A stretch of DNA of 63,696 nt, counting the filler, from Phoronis australis (lineage: Eukaryota; Animalia; Phoronida): assembly GCA_002633005.1 (NCBI GenBank). It is 7 parts of 7 records of this genome, joined end to end, with 100 filler letters (N's around TTAATTAATTAA, not from the genome) between each part and the next. Parts side by side here need not be neighbours in the genome. Positions count along the whole stretch, not along the records: positions 38,421 to 42,773 come from NMRA01002616.1; positions 42,874 to 62,238 come from NMRA01001102.1; 5 more parts are not named here. One strand, written 5' to 3'. The translations under genes and the position numbers were made by a program. The notes beneath the pieces were generated by a model. It worked only from the letters and a program-made list of their open reading frames with translations, did no database searches and was not told the origin of the DNA. This document shows positions 38,699-51,804 of this stretch, in pieces. Positions within the stretch are counted from its first letter, which is position 1. The number at the start of each line of letters is the position of its first letter.

Positions 38699-40590
38699 CA
38701 GATTGATACGGACAGTCTCGGAAACATTATTGACTTCTTGTGATGCTGTAGACCACGTGGCAAATTTCCAGCTCATTTTTGGAACATTTTGAGTCAAATA
38801 ATGACTGCAATACCGCTGGAAACATCAGTAGTTTTACTTGACGTCCGTTACAGTACGATTAGCAGTTTAACTTGAATAAAATGGTCTACAATTTAAAAAA
38901 AATGAACAAAACAGGGATATAGTGACAGTCGATTCCCTCACATCCTACCTGAAGGAACGGAGCGCCACGTGGGATTCTGTTCGGTCTCTCTGTGACTCCT
39001 TCACGACAATTTGCTATAAAGCTGAGTTATTTTAATTGTTCCGGTGACATCAAGCTGGTTTAATGGATAATTATCGGAGGTACTAAAACTCTACGGTGAA
39101 TAAAAATGGCAGTAAGAAATCATATGTTGGTCGTTCAATAATTTTTTGTCACTTTGTCACAATAGCCGAAGGTTATCCGAAGGGGGAAAGAAATGACAAG
39201 AAGTCAGATGGACCATATGTGGCGGTTGCACGGCTATTGAGTCATTCCTTTTCCCACATAGATGCAATGTATTGTTCATTAGCCAACGTTCCAGCCAACT
39301 TTGGGCTTAGTGGTTGAAAATCAGGTAAAAATGAGGTTGAACCTGAATCGCTTTTTCGTCGCACTGCCGCATTTATGTACCGGAAGTTCTGCGCAACAGG
39401 CGGCCTAAATTAGTTTGGGTTAATTGTTAAGAATTGGGTGGAGGATTCAAATGCGACGACCACTTGATGGTCATTGACAGATTATGAACCGAAAATATTC
39501 AATGATTACTGCTTGGAAACAATGCTGCCTTATTTTTTCAAATGACAGATTTTTGCCCGGCCATCAGATTTCTTAGAACACGAATCCCGACACAATCGCA
39601 TTCTATTATTATCGCCTGCGTATTCTTAATTTAAAATTGTGAGCAAATTTGTACATAAAAAGATGTGTAATTTCAATTTTCTGGCATTTACTGGAAGTAT
39701 GATAAGGTATAGGCCTGTAATGTTACTGCAAGGCTGCGCTCCAAACAAGTGATGGCGTGCCGAGGGTCCCCAAGGTGTAAATCCGATTATCATGACTGGT
39801 TTTTCAACATTATGAAATATTAAGTTTTCTCATCTTCCAAAGCTCCATAAAACGTTATTATGACCAGGGATAGAAACGGGTCACTGTTACAGAACGGACA
39901 CAAGTAAACCTCGTTCATCAAGCACCGAAAAGCCTTATCTTTTATTCTATAGATGTCGCTACCTAACCGGAAAAAGCCAGAAACTGAAACGGAAAAGCTC
40001 GGTGGCAAGAACAACAATCAACGCAGTCACAGCTGTTGACTGCACTGAGCGCTGAAGAGGTGACTTGAAATGTATGGCTCCTGGTTCAAAATTTGTCGGT
40101 ATGTGATACTGCATTTAAATCAACGTGCACTGTATTATTCGGTATCTGTTAGTCGTTCCAAACGATGGAACCTGCATGACGGGTGCCGAGGCCGAGGCAG
40201 TGAGGGCGAGGACCCGCATGTGATCAATTGTCGATTGTGCTGAATTAAAATTAAAACTAAAAAGTGGGGATCATTCAACCACGTTAGCTTTGTGGTGAAT
40301 CTGTAGTGAGTTTAGTAATATATCGGCTCTTAATCACTCGCCTGCGGGTAACGGCTCTTTGTTCGACTGGTTAGGATCGAGTTACCTGGTGCGTACGGCC
40401 TGACATATTTGAAGCAAAGAGGTAACACGTGTAACGGGTTCGAATCTTGGAACAAGGTGATTTTTTGCTACATTGGCACCAAACTTGGTGACACACTCAC
40501 TCATAATATGCATATGTTTATATAGATTTATCTTGCAATTAATAACATGGGCAGCGCAGCACTGAAAAAAGTGGGGGCTAAAGCCCCTTC

Positions 40591-40711
40591 GGCACTGGTT
40601 GGATATAGCGGTCCCTGATTTAGAGAACCAGTTAATCCACTAAATAAGGGGCCCATTGTTCAGTGATTGCCTGGTTCTCTAAATCAGGGACCACTATATC
40701 CGACCAGTGCC
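40591..40711. repeat. 121-bp hairpin element (41-bp arms) inside a short GC-rich MITE
   Basis: GGCACTGGTTGGATATAGCGGTCCCTGATTTAGAGAACCAG / CTGGTTCTCTAAATCAGGGACCACTATATCCGACCAGTGCC. Confidence 0.8.
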
Positions 40712-41374
40712 AGCCCTCTCAGCCCCCCCCTGTGGTGCACCGCATATAGACCACGGGCGGCGTAGCACCTAAAAAGGGGGGCTATAGCCCCCCAGCCCCC
40801 TGTGGTGCCCCGCCTATGAATAATAATTATATGGACTGTGACTTCTTCATTGCACAGTGGAGGAGATGACGGAAACGGAGTCGTAGTGCCCAGTGCCACT
40901 GCCGGTCACCTGGGATATAGCCTATACTTAGCCATAGTTCTGTTACGATTGTGCCGTGTTCCGAAATTGACACTTGAAATTGGATCTGAGCCCCCCCCCC
41001 ACCAAACACTAAAACTGCACACATTTAAATCTTGTTTCAGCCGTATAATTTTAATTACCGGGTTTAATCAATAAACTCGACATTTCCCGACACTCTTGCT
41101 GTTTTATTTTTTTTGTGACAGCCAAGGGGGGGGGGCCCGGGCCCCCTCTCTAAATCCGCCTAGGGCGATAACCACTTCGGAATACTCAACTTCGAGTGTG
41201 AAGTGTAAAGAAGAGAAAGAAAGAAACATGACAAAGGTTTCCTCAACAGAAAGAAATGGCCTACAAGTGGTTGATGGGTATGACTATTCCATTAGCATTT
41301 GGAACCCCCACGCTGCTTTAACTTGTAATAGAAACTTGAAATGTTCCAGCGGACTAGCACGGTGAAGAAAATTT

Positions 41375-41440
41375 CTCAGGATTTGAACCCAGGTTACACG
41401 TGTAAGAGCCGAGCGTCTAGACTGTTCAGCCAACTTGCCA
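41375..41440 (-). mobile_element. tRNA-derived SINE-like head (A and B boxes)
   Basis: Minus TGGCTGAACAGTCTAGACGC...ACACGTGTAACCTGGGTTCAAATCC; related ACACGTGTAACGGGTTCGAATC at ~40425-40446 (+); no acceptor stem. Confidence 0.45.
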
Positions 41441-41496
41441 CTTGGCAAGTGATTTAGAGAGGGTTTATAATCTGGCTGTAATGTACATCACACCTG

Positions 41497-41898
41497 GGCC
41501 CGGTCTCCAATGTTTTACTCGAAATGGAACTCGAAATTAGGTTTGGCATTTTCTACTCTACTTTTGGGCGAAATCAAGATAAGTGCCTATTATTCTATGC
41601 TCGAGTACACAATAACTTACGCAGATAATTTATTACCCTTAGTTCACAGTTTGTAAACCCAATATTAAAGCAATAAGTTCGAGTTTGAACTCGAAATTTC
41701 GAGTTTTTACTCGAGTTTGTAGCACAAATATAAGGGTCTTCAAGGGCAAACTTGAACTAGAAACTCCTATGCATAAACTATAATGTATTCGAGCACAGTC
41801 TGATAACCAATTATCTTAAGTTCGCATAAAAGGAGCAGAGAAATTGCCAAAAATAGTTTCGAGTTCGTTTCGAGTACAAAAAGATTAGAGACCGGGCC
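41497..41898. mobile_element. PIF/Harbinger-type MITE
   Basis: TIRs GGCCCGGTCTCCAAT / ATTAGAGACCGGGCC with CTG target duplication (41494-41496, 41899-41901); degenerate relative near 36230-36537. Confidence 0.8.
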
Positions 41899-42316
41899 CT
41901 GGAAATCACATGTCACTACAATGGTAGTGTACAAGTCAAGCATAGGTACAGATATGTGGTGGCACATTCTAATCCATCTTGCACGCGGTAATATTTTCTG
42001 CAAATTACACCGTGGCTAAACTATGAAAGTCAAATTACTATATGTGTACCTTTCGAGTGTAGATGGACATTTCTGGAGACAGTTGGAGTCTTTAACTGAC
42101 CTTCCAGCTTGAACAAAATACTCTAGCAACCTATATTTTTTCCAAACTGTCCTGAAATTGAAGACTGAATTTCATTGCAGTCAATGTGCTCGAGGTCAAA
42201 CGGAATCATGCAAAAAGTTATGTGGCTGCCAGACTTGCCAAGAGGAGGCAGCACAGATGGGGGGGACCTGTCTGAGGTACAAACATCTAGTGTGTCATCT
42301 ATGATCAATTATCTAG

Positions 42317-42599
42317 AACAGCTTATTATTTAAAATGACTTATTCTTATTAAAATGACATAGGCAAAAAATTGAATTTTGGGCCTCAAAAGCGAGGCCTT
42401 CTATATTAATATAGGAGGCCTCGCTGAAAGGCAGCCAGAGTGCGGGGCTCACTATATTAATATTGGCGGCCCCGCTCTCCGGCCACCTTTCGGCGGGGCC
42501 CTCTATATTAATTTTGAGCGCCCCGCTTTTGATACCCGAAATTCAATTTTTGCCGATGTCATTTTAATAAAAATAAGTCATTTTAAATAATAAGCTGTT
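42317..42599. mobile_element. Palindromic MITE with ~75-bp TIRs
   Basis: AACAGCTTATTATTTAAAATGACTTATT...CAAAAGCG mirrored by CGCTTTTG...AATAAGTCATTTTAAATAATAAGCTGTT; internal CTATATTAAT x3. Confidence 0.8.
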
Positions 42600-45500
42600 A
42601 TAGGTTAAGCGGATGAACAGCATACACCCTCTATTGTACATAATAGTTAACGGGTAGTGGTAGTCGACCCATCCCACTATCTTACTCGTTTATGGCATAG
42701 TACACGCTATTTAAGACACCTTAAATCACAAAGCGTATTGCATCCCTCATAGTTGACGTAATATTCACTTGCANNNNNNNNNNNNNNNNNNNNNNNNNNN
42801 NNNNNNNNNNNNNNNNNTTAATTAATTAANNNNNNNNNNNNNNNNNNNNNNNNNNNNNNNNNNNNNNNNNNNNGCCCCCATGGAAAGCAGTGTGAACTGA
42901 TGGGGCTACCCTCATTGTAAATATTACATTAATAATAATAATAATAATAATATATACTACTTGTCTTTAATTGGCGTTACTTGAAACTGGTGAGTTCACG
43001 ATTTTGGGAACTGAAATAGTGACTGCTCGAAGAAAGTTTCATAACAGGAGTATTTGTTTGAGTTTGAAGGAATTAAACACATCGACAACCTCCTCCTCTA
43101 TGCGCAAAAAGTATTTCTTACAACGTGACTTTGATGTTCTAGTCGGTGCCAGGCATAATTCGTTGAAAAGCTTACGGCGTATGGAGCGCCTATAGGAGCT
43201 GCATCGCCTCTGGTCGGGCCAACAGAGGCGATGGTCAATGCCTAGCCTAAATTAAGACTTAATTTAAGGCATTTTAAGGGACAGATTGATTGTAGGCTGT
43301 AGTGTAAGGGTCTGTTTTTCCAAACAACTACCTTGAGTTAAAGAGCCATAATAACTGAACACATTTCAAGACTAATCACAGTTTTTCTTACACACAATGT
43401 AAAACAAAAATTCCAGACATATCGGAAATGTGTTCCTCACCTATTCTGAAATTTCCTTTGGGTACCCGCGTTTGCACCCGTCCTTGGCTGCTGAGGAAGT
43501 TGGCGAAAAAGACGCAAACTAAATTTCGATTAAAGAGGAAACGTGATAAAACCCCAAAATTTTGTGTTTCAAATACCATAATGAACAGTATTTATTTTGT
43601 GTTTGGTAACCGCAGATGTGGCACATTTATAGTAACATATTTCGAAATTATTTTATAAAAGAATTCGTTTGTTTCCGGATTTCTCGTCGCCACTTTCGAA
43701 ATTGTTCGCGGTTGTGATGTAAGTCTTTCTCAAGTTCCAACTCTTTCTTTTTAATCTTTACTAACATTGTGGCTTAATAACTATTGTAGACGTGCGAAAT
43801 TATTGGGAACATCAACAGAGGCTGCCCCTGTAGAACTCGTTGTGGCGACCTGCGGGCCGCCAATGCGACCTCGGAAGTCGGATAGGGAGGACAACATTTT
43901 GGTAATTGTTTACAATATGACGACAAAGACTTAGACATATGATTTTGGTAACGTTCGATTCCTCGCAATGTTATCTTTCCAAATATACACAGAAATTTTT
44001 CCTACCCCGTTCCCTTAGTTTTTATCGTGAAATTTCTGCTCGAACTATTTCCTGGTACTCGGTAGTACCGTCAGAGGCCCTAAAGTCGTGAGTGCCCTAA
44101 AGTCGTGAACGATCTTATTTCCTCTTCTGCGCGGTCCTGCGACATCTGGCGTTGAAGTTTCCAGCGTTCGTCTGCTTACGAACGTCAAACGAATACCGGG
44201 ACGTGTTCGTATTCACAATATGATAACAAACAGTGAGTGAGTGGCTTCTTTTTTCAAATGTATCGTAAAAACAGCATATTTCACTAATTCACTTTTTTGG
44301 GCATTTTTGGGATATATTTTCGAAAATATTTATCGTTCAGATTTACTCAAACACGCGCTCCAGGGGTAGCTNAATATATCCAGTGTTCTCCACGACCTCT
44401 TTTGACTCGACGCAGTAACGAGTTTGTATTTTGCCATGTTGATTTTGGGAAAAGTTTAAAAATTGCCGCGCCAGGTTTAAAACCTTGGCTGGCTTGGTAC
44501 GTCAACCCTCAGCATCAAATCAGAGCCTGATTTTACTAACAGTAAACATAGTTCGCTTTACTAAGAGGCAGTTAACAGTACCGTCCTAATAAGGCGCTGG
44601 CCTGGGGCGCTTATTGTAACCCAAGGCGGTTGAAACCCGGTCTCCAAAATGGGTGAAATCGGAAGCTAGGATTCATCAAATTTATGCTATGTGATGTATC
44701 TGCAGCCTGTGACAGACTTTCTACAAAACTGTGGCGCATTGCTATCAAACTTCGTTGTTAAATTATAATCATTTTACAGAAAATTGTGCGTAAATCCCAG
44801 GGCGAAAACTCGCTGATGCGCCAGTGTCTCGCGATTGTCGACATGGAAGCTTGAATAAAAATATAGTTTCGACTCAACAAATTACTTGGAATCCTCACTT
44901 TAAGGATATCTTCAACCTTATTCACAAAAAATTGGCTATTTTTACAATATTTCACATGTGTCTAGCAAAATACCTTATCTTCATTCTCGGGGAACTTAAA
45001 ATACAAAATATATACTGCATTACGAGAAAAAAAAAAGATTTAGCAGAACCACCTTGGAACTGCACAACCGCGTGGATATTTGTTTACTACTTATCCAAGG
45101 TCAAAGGTTAAAGGGCTTTCAATCAAATCGAATCTCCCGCCAGCTACAGAACAGCTTCGTATACCCTCAGTCTTTTCATTCACGAAGTCGCCATAACACT
45201 GAGCCAACAAAGTGTACTTATGATAGAATGGCGCCGGGAAAAACAAAGACAAAACATAGTTTTGATCCTAAGGGAGTTGTGCATCTACATGCATATGACT
45301 GTTGGGGTTGAAAACAAATGCTACGAGTCGCCTCAGGCCTCTGTGGTTATGAACACAGAAAGTTGTGAAAAAAGATTAGTCCTCACCCTAATTCCTTAAT
45401 TCAATTAATAAGTTCACATTTCGGTGTTTCAATCTCATGCTAACGACATACTTTAACCACTGATTCGATTTTTGTTATCCATTTCTTACTTGGTTTGGTA

Positions 45501-47281
45501 TCAGTCTCCCAGCACGTGTGACGTGTACAGGCTGTGAACTGTGACCTATTTAAAAAGTTGGTTGCAAACAACAGTAAAAGTTGGCTGGGAACAATACGTC
45601 TATTTGAGGTTTTAATGATAATTAAGTTAATTACGCACTGCAAAATCAGTTGCCATTGCGAGTGAATGTTGAAATAGCTAACATAGTCAAGGATTGCATA
45701 GGTTATGTGAACCGAAAACAAGTTTTCACTGAATAATTAACTGAAGACTTTGAGATTTTCACTCGTCCCAGTTTATTCAGCTTTTTCTCAGGTTTGGCAA
45801 ACCAACTTTATTTGAAATTAGGAACACTAACTTTCGAAAACGGCTAGATGGATTTCGCTGAAACTTTCCAAACTTAATATTTAGTTGTTAATCTCAAAAA
45901 CGCTGTTAGGATTTTAGATATGTAGGGATAGTTTTTGTGTAATGTGACAAAGAGGAATACAACTTGTTTTTTATAAAAATGCCTTACATTTTGCGAGTTG
46001 ATTTGTCATAGAAACCAAACGAAAAGACTAATCGAAAATTCCTAACAGCGTTTTTGAGGTAACTGGTGAAGTTTTCATTTAAAAAAAGTTTCATTAAAAT
46101 CGACCGAGGTGTGATTTTGGTATGAATGTACCTTTCTTAAAAAGTGAAATTTTGACTTATAAAAAGTTTTTACGTAAAAATAATAATGGAACATACATAC
46201 AAAAAGTATATTTATATTTCCTGGTCTTTGTTCTTTCAGAAAATATATACTTTTACTAGATGTCAAAGCTTAGTTTTTATATATGAATTAGAATGGAGGC
46301 CATTAAATAAGGTTCGAGATAACCTAAAGTTTTACAAATAGCGTCTCAAAGATTTTAAGTTCCTGTGGAGTTGGTAATAACAGCAAGATTTAGCCAGCCA
46401 GCTAGCTGTATGAAGACAAAGAGTAATGTCTGCGACGACAAGTGATAAGTATGTAGCACGTGCTTCCTGACCAGTGCTTTAACAACAAGTTTTTTTATTC
46501 GAGAGAAAGTCGTAAGCTGAATGGGCACTTCAAGTACTATTCGCAGTTTTCAGTTGTAGGACCTACAAAGTGTCAAAAAGTAGGTCACACCTGACCAGTT
46601 CAGTGTACATTTTTGAAACGTATAAATACCTACGTTGGAGATGTTAAGGCTATAGAGAAAAGACAGTGTTGACTACTGATATTGAACTCTAGAAATTTGC
46701 GTCGAGTTTGGAATTAGTATTGTGGAGAACACTGATATCTCTAGTATTCACCATGTAATTACTGCATATGCCATTACATAGGAACATTGTGTAGAAATTG
46801 CCGAGATCACCCAACCTGAGAACGTCTACAACTTCCCCTTTCGTATGAGTATGAATTCTATGGGCTATGCCTATGGTAGAACATGCGTACCAACTGGAAG
46901 GTAAAAACCAGATTGCCAAGCATAGAGGTCATCAACTTCCCTTGACATCAAGGTAGTCTCTCATACAGCAGTAAATGTGATCTACAAAAGCTACCTTTAC
47001 ATTGAGCCGCAGTTCAGGTCTCCAATAGTTTGAAATACGCTGAGTCAACGTCTCGGATGGAACTGAGGAGATGAATCCACACCTGAGCCAATGTTACCGT
47101 ACTTTCTTATTGCCACAAAATTTTAATTTGAGATCGTTAAGGTAAAAGACACTTTGGCTTGTAGCTGAGTATTTTTAGTGTATTTAATTTCACCAGTCTT
47201 TCAGAATCTGAGATTCTCCACCAATATATGGCAAATCACTTTAGACTTTTATTAACTTCCACATTCCACCAAAGGTCTTAA

Positions 47282-50265
47282 GGGGGGTGTATACACTGGT
47301 CAAATCTCCAGGTTCTTATCTAGAATAAGTATAAAGGGGGTTTTAAAAGGGAACTGTAATTTATTCTGAATAAATTCTGAATAGTTTTCTATGAATTGTT
47401 GATTAATTTCACAAATAATTCAACACCAAAAATTAAACTTATATTCTCTAACGAAGCTAAAAAAATTACCGGCTTGGAGCGCTGCTTAGTCTCGTGACGT
47501 ATTTGGCGGGGGCAAAGTCACTGTCCTGTGTTAGCGTGCAATCAAGTAGCGTTCTTCATATTGTCGGAATAAGAAATTTTAGTGTGAAATNNNNNNNNNN
47601 NNNNNNNNNNNNNNNNNNNNNNNNNNNNNNNNNNNNNNNNNNNNNNNNNNNNNNNNNNNNNNNNNNNNNNNNNNNNNNNNNNNNNNNNNNNNNNNNNNNN
47701 NNNNNNNNNNNNNNNNNNNNNNNNNNNNNNNNNNNNNNNNNNNNNNNNNNNNNNNNNNNNNNNNNNNNNNNNNNNNNNNNNNNNNNNNNNNNNNNNNNNN
47801 NNNNNNNNNNNNNNNNNNNNNNNNNNNNNNNNNNNNNNNNNNNNNNNNNNNNNNNNNNNNNNNNNNNNNNNNNNNNNNNNNNNNNNNNNNNNNNNNNNNN
47901 NNNNNNNNNNNNNNNNNNNNNNNNNNNNNNNNNNNNNNNNNNNNNNNNNNNNNNNNNNNNNNNNNNNNNNNNNNNNNNNNNNNNNNNNNNNNNNNNNNNN
48001 NNNNNNNNNNNNNNNNNNNNNNNNNNNNNNNNNNNNNNNNNNNNNNNNNNNNNNNNNNNNNNNNNNNNNNNNNNNNNNNNNNNNNNNNNNNNNNNNNNNN
48101 NNNNNNNNNNNNNNNNNNNNNNNNNNNNNNNNNNNNNNNNNNNNNNNNNNNNNNNNNNNNNNNNNNNNNNNNNNNNNNNNNNNNNNNNNNNNNNNNNNNN
48201 NNNNNNNNNNNNNNNNNNNNNNNNNNNNNAGAGTTTGAGCAACCAGGTGCCATACAAAAAGGCATAGCGAACCTTTTAAAGCACTGTGGCAAACAATAAA
48301 AAATAAGGACGATTGATACAATGATAAATTACGATGTAAACTCTTCAAATATGACATAAGCAATGAATGTGTAAACCAGCCGATACCCCGCCGTTCACGT
48401 CACTGACACATCAGCCAATCAGCGATCGCTTTCAGAATTCAGTGTTTTGACCATGAATTCGAATTGGCTTTAGTTTGGCACGCAAGTCAGGCAAATGTGA
48501 GTTTTATTTGTATGTTAGAACCGATTAACTGCAACATTATTTTGACTACAGTCCCCTTTTAACTAGTTAGAGATGACTCTGAAAGTGACAAAAATCAAAA
48601 AAAAGTTTTTATTTTAGTTCATTTTTTTAAAATATCGTATTTTTTAATTTTCGAAAAATTGAATTGTACCTCGAATTTTTTTCAAAATGCACAGGGATTA
48701 TTATCAACTGTTTCCTTACGCAATATTCTACTTATCCATACCAAATAAATGTACAAAATCATCTTGATTGATTTTGTGGCATTTTTTGCGTGCGAGTTGT
48801 GGCAAGCATGCCACTTTCTGTCATTTGGTCACTTTCTGTTTAATAACTAAAAATCAGGTCCATGTATCAAAAAACCCTGGCATGCGATTTTACTTCAGTT
48901 CTAGAGGATATCAAATTTGCAAATTTCGTAAAAATTGACCCACGTGTTGCGGAAAAATAGGCCCGAGAATCTTGTCACTACCCTGAAATTACGAGCCCAG
49001 GAAAACGGCTTTGAAGTTAAGCGGGCATCGATTGCCAGTTGAGGTCAAAATTCTTTCAGAATGTGCGGTCATTATGTTCCAATTTCTGTTGATGTACTAG
49101 AAATAAAGCTGATATTTACTTCATGTTTAGAAAATATGAAAGACCTGTTTGTTTACAGCATAATTTTAATCATTTTTGCGAACTTGTAAAGCACGGCAGA
49201 TGACCAAAACAAATATGGCTGTCACGTGGGCGGAGCGTAACGTTGATCTATTGTCTGCTGTGCTGGTGTGCCAACCACATATCATTAAAACAGTGTGTTG
49301 ATTGTTTATGCGACTCATCTGAACTCTCCGCTCAGTGTTGTAAAAGACTCTCTAACTGTATTACATAGACCTATTTGTTAGTAGTCCAATATATGTAGTT
49401 ACCATCTCTTCATTAACCAAAAAATGTTTTTCATCAAATCGCCGCGTAACTGTCTACATAACAATACTGGCGATGAGGATAAAGAACTACTTTCATCGTA
49501 ATGGTTCAACATTTTCACGTGCCTATACCACCAACATTTTGACCGACTTTCTGCGCAGATAGCATCGCTTTGGTGAGATTCTCAAGTTACCAAAGTTTCT
49601 TATCTTGCCTTCCACTAAAATTGTATAATAATATCATGAGTTTTAGTTCAGGGATACGTTTGAATCTATGCACTAGAACAACTTTATTATGTTGAACACT
49701 GGGTTATTTCTCTAATTCGTTGGGTTACGGCTGGCGGCAAGTTCAAAAATCCACTGAGTTTGGTAGCTTAGTTTCTTCGCGTCGCGTTCCTAGCACAGAA
49801 GCACGGTTTATCTCCAAAACTCTACTCTGACGACATGTAGTTGTCCAAGTCTCGCGCTCAGCGTGACTTCACAGTGTTTCCGACTTCTCTTGCACACGTA
49901 CAAATTTCTGCATTGACTCCTCAACCTGAGCGTAGCGATGGCTTTGATAGGACTTGGTGTACTCAACTTAATTTCTTAGCAGATGGACATACGGGCTCAG
50001 GGTCGGAACAGGTCGCCATTTCATCACCAACTTTCACATGGTCAAAAATAGAATTATTTTATTCTTGGTCAGTCACTGAGCTGGTGAGCAGTCAAGCCAT
50101 ATGACTTACTGAAGCTTGGTCAAATATAATTAAAAAACAATTTTGGATTTTCAGAATGATTTTTTTTTCTTCACTATACTGTGCACCAAGAATTCAAGAT
50201 TAGGATAACATAAAATGTAAAACAGTCAAAATTATTTTTTTTTGTGTGTTGTGTATCCACCTCCC
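47282..50265. mobile_element. ~3-kb non-autonomous Kolobok-like element (spans a gap), possibly with a nested TTAA element ending near 48558
   Basis: TTAA|GGGGGGTGTATACAC ... GTGTATCCACCTCCC|TTAA (13/15 TIR match, RR termini). Confidence 0.6.
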
Positions 50266-50529
50266 TTAATTTTCCTGTTTTCTTACTTGAGTGACAAATA
50301 CTACATACACGGGCATGTCTAATTACTTAACGTATCTGCTCTGGTATAAGCCCTTGGGAGCTCTATGTGGGCTGAAAGATAAAGGGGAGGGCTTGTCCCC
50401 GAGCAGGTGTGTTATACAATAGAAAATTTACGGGTGTGCTTCGCAAGACCGGCAAGAGTAATTCAAAAGTGGTTGCGTGTGATTTTTTTGCATAACAATT
50501 AGTGTGAATTTTCAATTTTCGAATTTCAG

Positions 50530-50671
50530 ACGGTTATGGTAGTGTCAGATTACCTGACGTGTGGCTCTTGCCACCGTGAGTTCCTCCTGTCCAACATTGT
50601 CGTCTTCATTGAGCACAAGAAAGCCAACTGTGATGTTAGTATGCTGTCTTCCCTGGAGCTCACCAGATTAG
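50530..50671 (+). CDS. BCL11-like zinc-finger gene, exon A (CCHC finger); ATG at 50536 or upstream exon
   Basis: TTTCAG acceptor; DYLTCGSCHREFLLSNIVVFIEHKKANC matches BCL11 N-terminal CCHC (DLLTCGQC..FPL.DI..FIEHK...C); G|GTAAC donor. Confidence 0.88.
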
Positions 50672-51649
50672 GTAACATGTGTAGGCAAGATTGAACGTAA
50701 TTGCATTGCTTCTAAGCACTTATCAGGGCCATTTCCTGGCATCATTACGATCGCTGCTGTGGTAATTTTCAATCTTTATGCAAATTTACGAAAAAATAAT
50801 ATTCCCATTTTACATAAAGTTATATTCATATTTTTCATTGTTGCTCTAAGCATTACTGTAAATGGATGATTTATATGCCAGATTTGTAACCTGCTTCAAT
50901 GAATCTATTACTTGACAAATCTTTTCTGGCCATTTTTTGGCCATTTTCAGGCCTTTTGATTGTCGACGCTTAACAGTTTTGAACATTAGTTTTTCGTCAG
51001 TGCATTTGTGGATTCAGAGGAAATGTTATTCTTATATTATGGTCTGTGGCTGAGGGAATCACGTCTCGATTTTTTATTTTCATTTGAATAGTGGAGATAT
51101 TAGTTGTCCAAAATGAAGACCGGTTGTTTTTTAAAGAGGGCATTTCTCTGTTGTTTGAGTGTATGTAAAGAATACTAGACATGGTTCCCTCCGTAGTAAC
51201 AGTAAGAAGTTATATAATCGACTGATGTGGTTATTGTGTCATTGTGGTGTTTTAAGGCATGAATTAAGATCTCACAATCCTTAAGAATTAGAAATTAAAG
51301 ATACTTTTATGCATTGAAAATGGACAGTTAGAATATAAATCAGCAAAAAAAAGCTAATTCTGGACTTACATTCCAAATGAGCATTGTGGCGTCCTCATCG
51401 CAAGGTCTTTCTCTAGCAACTGCCATGGTGATGTTCAGCTGATGACGTAATCGGTGGGGAATGAAACACGGTATGCGGTCCCATGTCCTTGAGAGGTGGA
51501 ATTTTAATCCGCCTTCGTGTTTTAAAGAGGGGGATTCAACATGTTCGCAGTTAGACACCTTAACACCATGCCTTGGAAGTGACATTATTTAAATCCTAAC
51601 CTCAGCATCTCATTCAATATTTTGGCTCAAACTCCCTTATTTTGTATAG

Positions 51650-51804
51650 ACTCGTCTCTGGAACGGTTCCTCTGCAGTTCATGTCCTGAGAAGTTCTCAG
51701 CGGCTGTGACACTACTTCAGCACGCTCAACAGATGCACAACATGAATATATTCCTGGAAGATGGTCTGAAACAGCCACCAGAGCAACAACCTACTACTGA
51801 AACG
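51650..51804 (+). CDS. BCL11-like zinc-finger gene, exon B (C2H2)
   Basis: FLCSSCPEKFSAAVTLLQHAQQMHNMNIFLE resembles BCL11 ZF1 (YTC..C...F.SAW.LLQHAQ..HG..IYLE); phases 1/0 consistent. Confidence 0.9.

Noticed and set aside
41375-41440. Possible tRNA gene
   Set aside because: A/B boxes present but no acceptor stem or clean cloverleaf; kept only as a SINE-like head
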